A stretch of 64,000 nucleotides of DNA from the NCBI RefSeq assembly GCF_009914755.1, contig NC_060933.1; one strand, 5' to 3'. Below, in pieces: positions 1-13,320 of the stretch. A program made the position numbers and the translations under genes. A model generated the notes under the pieces. It saw only the letters and a list, made by a program, of their open reading frames with translations, ran no database searches and was not told the origin of the DNA. Each line of letters opens with the position of its first letter. Position 1 is the first letter of the stretch. Source of the DNA: the human T2T-CHM13v2.0 reference genome, Homo sapiens.

Positions 1-270
1 TCATATGTATATATGGTTTCAATCACAGGACCCTATACACATTTGTGTTCCACTTTTCATATCTAATGTTATAGTTGTGCCATAATTTACTAGCCCTTTC
101 CCTATTGATGGACATTTAAATGGTTTACAGTTGTTCCCTATTATAATAGTGCAGTAATAAACATCTTTGTACATTCAGGCTTTTGTCTTTCTCTCTTTAT
201 TATTTTTTTTTTTTTTTGGCCAATTTCTCTGGGACTAGTTCCAGAAGGGAGGTTGTGGAGTCAAAGTGAA
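1..270 (-). mobile_element. Old L1 (L1ME-like) 3' fragment
   Basis: cctattgatggacattta...gtgcagtaataaacatctttgtacat resembles an antisense L1M 3' region. Confidence 0.6.
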
Positions 271-3200
271 TGACCATTTTTTTAACTAACCTGTCTTTTG
301 AGCTTTTCACTTCATCCAAATATCTTTCCCTTGGTAACTTTCCTAGAAAGTCACAGAGCACTCAAATGCCTTCTTGAAGTCAGCCAGAAAGATTCAGAAT
401 CTACATTTGGTGGCCATATTTCCATTTTCAGGCTCTTTCAGAACCACTGGCCTGTGAGGCCTCCCCTAGACTGCAAGGCCCTTCAGGACAAGATTGTGCC
501 TTAATCATGTTGGCATCCTAGCATGGCCTGGCTTGTCACAAGAACTCGGTGAGTGATTAATCAATGGAGCTAAACAGAGCAGATGCCTAATACATGATAG
601 GCTCCTTATGGTCACCTGACTTGCCAAAGCATTCATTCATCAAAGAGTTTTTAACAATGTCAGGCACTGGTGCTAGAAACTGGAGACAGAGAGGCAAATG
701 TGACACAGGTGGCCTCATCAGCCTAGCAAGCAGAGCCCCCCTGGCAGTGGAAGAGCTTAGTCTTGAATCTGAGAATTCCTTGAGAAGGGGTCCAAGAGTG
801 GAGTTGACCTTGGCCCATGTAATGTGATTGCAGGGAAGGCCCTTGCTATGCCTAAATATTTTAATCATCTACCCCTTAATATCAGTCATTCTGTAACACA
901 GATCTTGTTACAGAGATGGAGGTGACAGAAGGGGCCTCTGCAATGTTATTTGACAACCATATCCTGTGTCAAAGAACCTCAAGCTCTGTTGTCTGAGCCA
1001 GGATGTGAGAACAGAGTTCCTTGACCCAGCAGGGTTAGGGAGGGTTTCCAAATCCCCTCTGGAGCAGAAAATCCCTGTTTGATCCTATCCAGCATCATAA
1101 GGCCACCTGCTGTGGGCATGAATGCTGGGGAGGGTGGGGTCTCTGGCCAACTCAGGAAAGATCTGATTCTGGGCTTTTCACTTGTGTATAAATGAATGTG
1201 TCTAAACATTATATGCTTTCCATTTGCCTATTGCTGGAAAATTTGATAAAGGGTGCAGAAATTGAGCAAATAGTTCTGCAAGGGGATGTAGAAAGTTTTC
1301 CTTGGCCTCAGACTCTGGGCTGTCTTGCAACTAGTTCCTTGGAAGTCTGTGTAATTTACTTAAGGCTGGATGAAAACCAATCCTAGGTTTTCCATGATGC
1401 CTCTGGTAGTGCTGGCTTAGCTTGAACTCTGTGGGCAGAGATTGTCAAAGAGGCAGCTCTGCTCTAAATTTCTTGTTATTGTTCTCTGTGGAAACTCACA
1501 GAGAACACTGACAAGTTTCTGAGACCCTAGGTTGTTTTATGTTGAACACTGCACTGTTGAGTAAAGACTTGGAGTTCTCTTTATGAGTTAGAATGTTGTG
1601 GCTTTCCTTTTATAATGCTCTGTAAAGAGCTCTCCAAATTTGGCTAAAAATTTATACACTTTATGGCTATCCATTGTGGTACAACCATATGTTCAGTTTA
1701 GAACAAATAAACACACTTGAACTTATAAACAGATGAAACTCAGTTTGGTAATATTTATAATTTGTTTTAATTTGACCAGAAAAGTATTATGTGCCCAAGC
1801 CTGTCACTTAGTCAATGGTCATCGCTGGGACTGAGCACTGTTTCTGGGTGTCAGATAGAAACATTAATGATTTGTGAGTTTCAAATGTCCCCAGGGAGAC
1901 GGCTCTAGCACTGTTGTGTTGCATGGGATATTGGAGGCAATTTCATATGTGCACATATAGTTAGAGGTTTGCGAGGTGTTTATTTTTTGGCTACCTGTAG
2001 ATGGTTTCATTATCCCAAATTTGTATTGATGAGCAAATTCAAACTTTTTCATTTCAGTTCCTATTTCAAAAGCGCCTGTGTCTGTTTTTTCTTTGCCTCT
2101 GTTAACTGGCTCTGAGGTAGGCATCCTAATGCCTGTTTCCCCTGAGCCAAGATCACATCTTGTGTTTCAGCTGCAAGCTAATAGCCTGTCAGGAGTATGG
2201 AAATATATATCTGAGGTTTGTGATTCTGCATGGGATCAGGATTTCCAGGAGTGCCTGTTGGAGAACACTCTGCTCTGTGCTTCTCATGTCTTAATGTTGG
2301 TTCTTAATGTTAATTCAAACCAGCTGTGGCAGACCCAGTTGTTCCTAGAAGTTGCTATCTCTGTCTTTCACATTCTGCAATTTTATATGCACATACATTC
2401 TATGAAACTTCATGAAATTTCTATGATATTTGTGTTTTGGAGAATGCTCCTTATAACTCTGATTTCATGCAAAAAGTTACTGCCACATAAATGGGGAGGT
2501 GATATCAATTATGCAGTACTGGATTCAAACATCAACTCTGTTACTTACTAGTTGGGTGAGCTTGGAAAAATCTCTTAACTTTTATGTCCTTCGCTTTCTT
2601 GATCTGCAAAATGAAGATGCAAATGATCTTGGTTTGGAGTCTTCTAGTGGTCTACAGTATATGGATGCAACACTTTTAGGGTCTGCTCCAGTTACAGTAC
2701 CAGGTTATAAGGATTGTACCATCTTGTTTTAAAAATGATATGAAGTTAAACTCTGAAGCACTTAGAACAGGTCTAGCACATAATAAACTTTTCGTATGCA
2801 TTAGTTACTACGATTACCATAAAAATCTCAAGAAAATATTAATTCTCTGCTTCGGATATTGGACAGAACTCTAATTAAATCTGATATATGCCTACCGTGG
2901 GAAGCTCACTTTTTTTCTGCATTGCTAGAGCAATAAATACAATCAAATGTTAAAAAAATCATCAACCAACCAACCAATCAACAAAAAAACCAATCCAGAT
3001 TCTAAAGCAGGAGAATGGCAATCATATTCACCACTAACACAAATTTCACAAAACACAAGCTTATATCAAAGAGTCAATTCAAACTTCCAATTTAATACTC
3101 TCCCTTCAGGAAGTGCTCATTACTCTTACAGCCTTCAAAAGACAGAAACTCCCCACCTGACCATGGTCTTTGTCAATGTTTTTGGAAGCTAAATGAAATA

Positions 3201-5668
3201 ATATGTTTTAGAATGAAATAGGGGGTGACAAATATCCCCCTCTGCAATTTTTCATTGATTCCTACCAATTGCAGCATCTTGGATTAAGAAGCATTCCTTC
3301 TATTTGTCCTGACATCTGGAGAACAGGCCACAGATTTTCTCAGGCCTCCATCCTGGAGTTTAACAGCTATCACTATATGGAAATCCTTCTTAGAGATAAT
3401 CTCCACTGATGCGATTTACAACAGTTTTCTTCTTAGCCACTCTTCCATGCTCATCCTTTGAATGACAGCCATGTATGGACTTGAACCTCACAGTCCTCTG
3501 TCGCACAGGGAAGAATGCCAGTGATCTTGAATAAGACTCAGTTTTTGTGTTGCTGGAAGAAGGAACAGTATCTGGGTATCTGAGGTTGGTTTTGTTTCCT
3601 TTATTTTCTCAACATCTTTGAGCTTTGTTTGAAATGCAAAACCTAATTTTAAAAATTCTGCTGTTGGATATATCATTTGAAATGTAGAAATACTCTGAAA
3701 AAATAAACATAATTGAAATAGCTTTCAACTATTAATAATTTTAAAAATACATGGTTTCCTTTGTCTCCTCTATGGTTTTGAAATTTAACAATGGGATATT
3801 TGTCATCATTCTGCAGGTTGAGTTTTTCAGTCCAGCGTAGAGTGATTGTTTCTGTTTTTATTTTATTTCTAAATTTTTATGCCTGCAGTGGATGTGCGTG
3901 AGCTATGGCCTTGGGGCCTAAACAGCTCTGGGTCTCATGGAGAGCGAAATGAGTGCATTTCATGCTTTCGCTTTCCACAATGTTTATTCTGTTAAAGTAA
4001 ACTCAACTTACGGATGTATCATTGGTTGTAATTATACCATTCACATAAAAGGTAAATAATTTCAAGTAAAATTAGAATGGTATTTTTGTAAATCCTTGTA
4101 CTTTCCTCACTGACTTTCAAATTTTCCTCTTTCCTAATTTCATCCTAATTTTCTCCAGGCCCAAGGACATTAAAGGCATCCATCAACTTTTCCGGAATCA
4201 GGTTTCTCTGGATACCGTTTCTGATTTGGAGGCTTGCAGCCATTTTTTTCCAAGCATAAAAATGGCTTCAACTTTCCATAGTAAGGGAAATCTCAGTAAG
4301 GGAAATCATATACCCCTAAGTATATGCATTTTAATTTTCCATGTCTTGTCACTGTTATGATAAAAAAGAACAACAGAGTTTGAAAACTTTCAGTGATTGT
4401 AATTTTCTAGTTAGAAGTTTATTTTGTTACATGGTTCTTTCTTTGAATCTCAGCTGTCTTTTGTAATTAGAGTATTCATCATAACATGCATCAACTATTT
4501 ATATTTTCTCAATAAATAGTCCTTAGCAACCAATTTTGTGCCTTGGTCTCTTTAAAGACAGTCATACAGGTGTCATACCCACCTTTTCCTCTAGAATATA
4601 TTATAACCTGAATAAATCCTGGGCCTTATCTCACCAAGTTTCAGGGCAGTGTAACATTCAAAGAAACAACCAAAAGCAAATGAAACTCTAAGTTTTGCTT
4701 GCAGTCCTCAGAACGCATTAAAAGAGATTCAATTTACAGATCCTAGCCACATCGTCTAAGGTTCCCCCAACTCCACTTCCTCACTGTCACAGCCCATCTG
4801 GAGCCCTTGTTCTCCACTGCCGCCTTCCCACTACTCGCCAACACTGTCCACTTTTCTTTGCCTCTTGTATTCTGTTTTTCTAGTCCTACCTCTTTCTTCG
4901 CATTCTCCTGTTTCTGTATCACAGGAACCCAGGAGTCAAGTTGGGGTAGACAAAGAAGAGAAGCTGATCAGGCAAAGACAAAATTATCTTTACTGGGAAG
5001 TGGAGGCCTTGAGGGTTCAGAGTGAGGCTGCAAATACTCAGGTAGTAATATTTTTTTGTAATATTACTGTCACCAAGGCATTTTTACAAAGAACACCAGG
5101 ATTTAATGCAGCTATTAAAGTTCTTAGTTTACTTTGTTGAACTTTCCAAAAGAGGCAACCTGTCCACAGTTCTGAAGGCTGTGGCAATGGAGTGTGCCCT
5201 CAGAGAAACCTCAGGAGATAAAATCACAGTCTTCTTCTAGAATGATCTTATAACCGCTAGAAGGGCAAAATACACTTTTAAGAGTTGGAGTCTATTCCAT
5301 CTTATAAGGATGGGGGATTTATTAGGACTCTGTGCCAAGATTTTCCAGAATTTCTCTCTAGGAGTAGCTAAAGGAGGGAGCTGTCTGAGAGGGGATTGCT
5401 GGGGACAATGAAACTTGGGTTTGAATAGCACTTCATGTAAGATGGAAAGAACATCATTTCTCACAGCAAAGTATTAGGGGTGGGGATGGGGGTGGGTGAT
5501 CAAGATCAATGCAGTGTCAAAACCTCAGCCCTCCAATCTACTCCTGGAATTTTTACAGAGTGTGAGATGTTTGCAGACCAGGAGGCTTTCTTGCATTTAT
5601 GCCTCAGGAAATGGGTCGTTTTATAATTCTTGTGGGGTTCTTTTTGTTGTGTTGTTTTTTGTTTTTAA

Positions 5669-6498
<830 letters not shown>

Positions 6499-7622
6499 TG
6501 AACCATATTTTTTTAAACAGTTATTTTATTCCGTTATACCATGATGGAATCTTGTACACAATAATTCCCCTATTGTTCAATATATAGGTTGCTTCCAATT
6601 TTGCACTATATATACAATACTGCAGTGAATACCCTGCTATGTATATTTTTGACACACCTGCCTTAGTGTTTCTATACTATTGATTTCTAAACTTGTAGTT
6701 TCTAGGTCAAAGAGTGTGCTTTCAAATTTTTAATTGCTGATGCTACAACCCCCCGTCTTCCCCAAAGTTAAAAACCCTTTGTCCCAAAAGTCAGGGGACT
6801 TAATCTGGATTCTGTCGCTGTTTAGTTATTCATGTTGGGCAAGCTGCTTCTTCACATCTCTGTGAAATGAGGAAAGTGGAACAGAAGATGACCTCTGTGT
6901 TCCAATGTCCCATGAGCCTTTACCTTTACAAATTGATTTGCCCAATTTCAGAGAATTATTTAGGGCTGTTTCAAACCAATATGAAAATCTGCTCTTTAAA
7001 AGATTGTTGAGAGCGGAGCTAATTTTTTTTCTGATTAAGCTTTGATTAGTAAACAAATCCATTAACCTCCTATAGGATTATTTTGACATATTCAAGCTGT
7101 GACTTTTTCTTTCACAGTTTTTTGAAAGCTGAGAGCCACCACTGAGCAAACTCTCATTTAGGCCAGATTTTGTTTTATTTTGTCCAGTTCGAATCAGTTT
7201 GATGGCTGTGTGTTTATGCATGATCTTAAATGTTCCCCAGTACTGGGACAGGGCACATTTGACCTGTTGGCCGATGAACAGATTTGGTTTTAATCAAGTT
7301 CCAAGTCAGATAACAGCACTCATGTGATAGTGATCTTTCACTTTAAGGCCATGTTTTGTTCACTGAACCTTGTAAAAATCAAATACATAAATAAAATGAA
7401 GAGGTCAGGAAAGATGGTTTGGTTTCTTTCAACCTACTGCTTTTTGAAGGCTCAGGGCCAAAAGAAAAGGAAAGTAGAATGATAGGGATTTTGTTATTTA
7501 CTATACTTAACTGAATAAGTCTGCAGATGTCTGGAACTATCCTGTATAAAACATCCTATTCACCAGTTCCTAAGAGACCCTCAAAGAGACAATTCGAGTT
7601 TAACGCATAAAATATCAAAGTG

Positions 7623-8093
<471 letters not shown>

Positions 8094-8109
8094 TTAAAAT
8101 TGTGATCTT

Positions 8110-8385
8110 GGCTTGGTGCGGTGGCTCACGCTTCTAATCCCAATACTTTGGGAGGCCGAGGCAAGTGGATCACCCGAGGTCAGGAGTTTGAGACCAGCCT
8201 GGACAACATGACAAAACCCATCTCTACTAAAAACACAAAGTTTGGCTGGGTGTGCTGGCAGGCGCCTGTAATCCCAGCTACTCAGGAGGCTGAGGCAGAA
8301 GAATCGCTTGAACCTGGGAGTCGGAGATCGCACCACTGCGCTCCAGACTGAGAGACAGCAAGACTCCATCTCAAAAAAAAAAAAA
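8110..8385 (+). mobile_element. Alu (AluS), sense, ~16-nt right-arm deletion
   Basis: TSD aaaattgtgatct / aaaatggtgatct; GTTGCAGTGAGCCGAG is missing between GAG repeats near 8326. Confidence 0.93.
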
Positions 8386-8829
8386 TGGTGATCTCTCTGT
8401 GATGTAGGGTCCTGACTAGAGTGACTACTGCACACCACATATAAATTATTCCTACTTATAGTTAAGGTGCCAAAGACTGGTGTTAATTTGATTTTTAAAT
8501 AAATTGGAATTAATTAAAAATTATCTTAAAGTCACTCGGAAACACTTGCATCCTAAGTGGGAGAGAAAGTGATGGCCATTCTCCTGATAAGTCCTGCCTG
8601 CCTCCAGGCCTTTGCTCAAGCTGTTTCCTCTACTAGGAGTGCTGTTCTCACAGCTGGTTCCTATTCTTCCTCCAGTTCTTGGGTTCTGTGCCACCCACTT
8701 AGAGAGGCCTCCCTTGAGCACACTACCTAAGGAGAGCCCCTCCCTTTTATTCTTTATCTCAGTCTCTTGTTTCCTTTATAGCCCATGCACATTTAATTTT
8801 ATTAATTTTCTGCATGTGTTTAGTTTTTA

Positions 8830-9385
8830 GAATTTTAACAGCTTTATTGAGATATAATTCACACACCATACAGTTTGCACATTTAAAATATACAATTTAA
8901 TAGTTTTTAGTTTATTCACAGATACATGCAACCATCATCATAATGGTTGGCAATTTTCATCGGGTAAAAAAGAAATCCTGTACCCTTTAGCTATCACCCC
9001 ATCATACATCCATCACCTCTCCATCCCTAAGCAACCACAAATCTACTTCCTGTCTCTGTAGATTTCCCTTTTCCAGACTTTCATATGAATAAAATCATAT
9101 ACTATGAGGTCTTTTGTATCTGGTTTCTTTAACTTAGCCTCATGTTTTTAATGTTCATCAGTGTTGTAGCATGTATCAGAACTTTATCCCTTTTTATGGC
9201 TTAATAATATTTCACCATATGGTTATAGTGTGTTTTGTTTATCCATTTGTCCATTGATGGACATTTGGGTTGTTTATATTTTTTGTCTATTATGAATAAT
9301 GCTGCTTTAAGAATTTGTGTACAAGTTTTTATGTGAACATGTGTTTTCTTTTCTCTGTATCCTGTATCTAAAAGTGGGCTTGCTG
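8830..9385 (-). mobile_element. L1MB-like 3' end, nested in an L2 relic (about 8530-9530)
   Basis: gctttattgagatataattcacacaccataca...ccattgatggacatttgggttg typical of an antisense L1MB 3' UTR. Confidence 0.75.
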
Positions 9386-11150
9386 AGTTGCTTATATATA
9401 TTTTTGGATGTCTCATTTACTACAGTAGAAACTCCATAAGAACAGGGACCACATCTGCCTTGTCACTCTTACTGCCACAGTACCTGGCATTCTACCTTAC
9501 AAAGTAGGTGATTTGTTAGTAACTTGGTGAACTTTTCGGTAAACTAACATGCATTGCACCTACCAGACATCTGGCATGGTGCTGGATGCCTATATTAGAT
9601 ATGGCCTGAAGGAGTTACTGTGCCAGAAATGTCAGCCCCAGCACCAACATCCTCACACTTACTAAGGGAACTAACCCGGAGACCCACCTGCCTATTTCAC
9701 ACCACATAACTTAGCTCCCACAGCAAGACTTCACCCTTGAGCCATAACAGATTAGCCCAAAGGTGGGCAACCAGCACAAATGTAGCCTATTACAAACTGG
9801 TCAGTGTCCTTTGAGGTACAGCAAAAAGCTCTACCCAAACAGGGAATTACCAAGCCTATCATGTCTTGTTTTTAATAATCCTGAACCTAGTAATTTGAAT
9901 ATATAAGAAGTAGGTAAGACTTAGTGGGAGTAGTTTACAGGTCATTGGCGGAGGGAAGCTGGTAGGTCAAGATGATCGTGGAAGTTATACACAACCAGAA
10001 TGATGAGAAAGCAGGACCCGGAAGATAAAAAATGTACTTATAGAATGAAGACGAGCAGCCAGAGAGAAGGAGTATCTGGGTCAAGGTGATGACAAGCCAA
10101 TGACAAACTGTATACACTCCTTAGTTCTGAACAACATGAGGCTTTTTCTCTTTCTGAGACCTGGTTGTTTAGCATTTCCTGTATGTCTTTGAAGGCTTGG
10201 CCTCATGATTGAAATTTCTGTGTCCTCACTGCCAAGTGTATTTGTACCAACCACTTCATCTCACAAAATCCTGCCCTGTTATTCAAGGTTACTTGAGTTG
10301 AGGCTTTTTTCCTTGCAACCAGGAAAGCTGATTTTTAAAATTCGATATTAACTACATTTTACAGAAGATGAAACCAGAGCTCAAGGTCATGTTTTAGTAA
10401 AGTGAAGGTTGTGGAATTCAGAACCAGATTTATCTGACTCCAAGGTCCAAGCTTTTTACCCTCTACCATCCACCCAGATGTATTTCCTGACTCATTCAGG
10501 AGTTTAACTTTAATTGTGATAGCAATATTCTCCCATCAGCTAAGTGAACCAGCTTGGAAATAAGTGTATTAATGAATTTCTTCACTAAAATTTAAAAATG
10601 CCTTTGTATTTATGCATAGCTAACTCCTGAGTTTCCATTATTGATAATAATTAAGAACTGGTTTGTATATGAAAATGTGTTTGTAGCATACATTTGGCTT
10701 CATTATCTCCATCAGTTCACATCACTTTGAAATTAAAATCAAATGAGATCATGACACATACCTGTCAGTGACATGCAAATTAAAAATTCTTGGCAACATA
10801 GATTAATGATCATTTTTGAGATTTTTCTCTCTTTTATTAATTTTCTCCTCTTGTTTTATTACATCTGGGTACTTATTGAAGGAAGAGACTCTGATAGAGG
10901 ATATTGTTAGTGGAGAAAAGGAAGCTTGGCAACTTTCGTGAAATGGTGTGCCTTAAAGAGGAAGGAATTTACAGTAAAGCCTCAGGGAGCCCAATGCTTA
11001 GGCAACAGTCTACAAGTTGGTGAATATCTCTTTCAGATTGGTGTTGTGCTTTACACGATACTGTATTACAAAGCTGCTAAACAACAAATGGTTTTTCTAC
11101 AGATAGGGGATCTCTAGGCATCTCAAGGATAGGAATCAATTTTTCAAAGG

Positions 11151-11235
11151 GACACACACACTCACACACACACACACACACACACTCTCACACATTTTAC
11201 CCACACATGCATATACTGTATATACACACCCACAA
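11151..11235. repeat. Interrupted (CA)n microsatellite
   Basis: Direct reading. Confidence 0.9.
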
Positions 11236-11590
11236 TACTTTGTAGAAATGCTGCCAGTATCTCTCTAGACTAAAAGTAGTAAACATTCTCTGCAGTTTTA
11301 TTTTTGAATTATGTTGCTAACCTTTAAAAATGGGGATATTTCATATAAAAATCCAAGTTGTTGTGGTATTATTGAAAAATTGCAGTTCTGGCAGTACTGG
11401 GCCTACATTTCCCTATAGCAATATTTGTCTGAAGCTGAGTGGAGGCTGTTTCTAACAGCCACACAGGCTGTCTAGTTCATCATTGTCCCCATAATTCTCT
11501 GTTGTCACATATCCAGCTGGCTGCTTTACCACACATCACGTGCTTGGCTCATGGAGACATTTACTCTCTGATTAGGAACCCAGAGTTCCT

Positions 11591-11960
<370 letters not shown>

Positions 11961-12665
11961 TCAACCTCAGATGTGTATCAACATTTCCTGTGGAGCTTTC
12001 CAAAAATCTACCTTTTATCTCCCACTTCCCAGCTCCCCTTTCAGATTCATTAGGTCTACAGTGGAGTCAGGGAATCTGAATGTTGAAAAAGCTTCCCATT
12101 TAGTTCTGATTTTGAGTAAGATGGAGTAAGCACACTTCATCCACGGTCTTCCCCATTGTATGTGGCTATAAAGTCTAGACAAGATGTACGAAACAAGCTA
12201 TTTGAGGACTCTGAAAAAGTAAATAATAGTAGATAGATTGGAGAAGACCAGAATTTAAGACACCAGTGAACTGATGATGAGTTTCTCTTTTGTCTGTCCA
12301 GTATTCTTCCACTTGAACCCAACATAGCCTGCAACCTGGAAGCAGGCATGAATGCAGACAGGAAAGTCCTCTAGTTCTGTTTCGAGGAACTTAACAGTCA
12401 GAGAGAGTCTCTGTGTGTATGTTGGGGGAGGAGGGAGAGATTCCTCATTTTTCATTTTGTTTTTTTCCCTTTCTCTTCTTTACTCTCTGTGCCATAGCTC
12501 CCAAACAATCCAAGATGGCCAAAAAGAGCCTAAAACTTGGAGGGAGGAAAGCCTTCATTGCCACTTGGAGAAGTGGTGGTCCCAACAGACTAGGGAGAAA
12601 CACTGTTGCCTCTTTTTTCTTCTGTTTTCCTACTCATTAACCCCATTTCTTTCAAAACGTGGGTA

Positions 12666-12950
12666 GACTGAGCATGGTGGCTCATGCCTGAAGTCCCAAC
12701 ACTTTGGGAGGCTGATGTGGGAGGATTACTTGAGCCCAGGAGTTCAAGGCCAGCCTAGGCAACAAAGTGAGACCCTGTCTCTGCAAGAAAACTGAAAAAA
12801 TTAGCCAGGCATGGTGGCAAACACCTGTGATCCCAGCTACTTGGGAGGCTGTGTTGGGAGGATTTCTTGAACACAGGAGGGACAAGGCTGCAGTGAACTG
12901 TGTTCATGCCACTGCACTCTAGCCTGGGCAACAGGGCAAGATGCTGTTTC
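12666..12950 (+). mobile_element. AluJ, sense, with no normal poly-A tail
   Basis: AluJ-type gaggattacttgagcccaggagttcaaggc; the tail is replaced by a TA-rich patchwork. Confidence 0.9.
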
Positions 12951-13320
12951 AATATATAAATATATATATATCTTTATAAGTCTGCTTATATATATAAATA
13001 TATATAATATAATATATAAATATATATTATATATGTAAAATATATATATATTCACTCTGTTCTGCCATATACTCTCCATGTCTGCCCATATATATGAGTG
13101 TATATATATAACATATATATATATGACAGCTGTTTCTCAGAAGATGATCAAACAGCTACAGATTACCCACAACAGCTCAGAGTCTACCCCAGCTCATTCT
13201 AATATTTTATATAAAATATTAGACATGAACATATATATACATATATACACATGTGTATATATAATACACATGCACACATATATATATATATACACACACA
13301 CATATATATATATAAATATT
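12951..13320. repeat. TA/CA-rich low-complexity tract with embedded templated fragments
   Basis: Direct reading; see findings. Confidence 0.9.

Noticed and set aside
1634-1643. Single CArG boxes at 1634, 53111 (exonic) and 58325
   Set aside because: Isolated; about five are expected by chance in 64 kb
2078-2551. Longest ORF (157 aa)
   Set aside because: GTG start, no recognisable domain or convincing exon structure, ends in a MIR; compatible with chance
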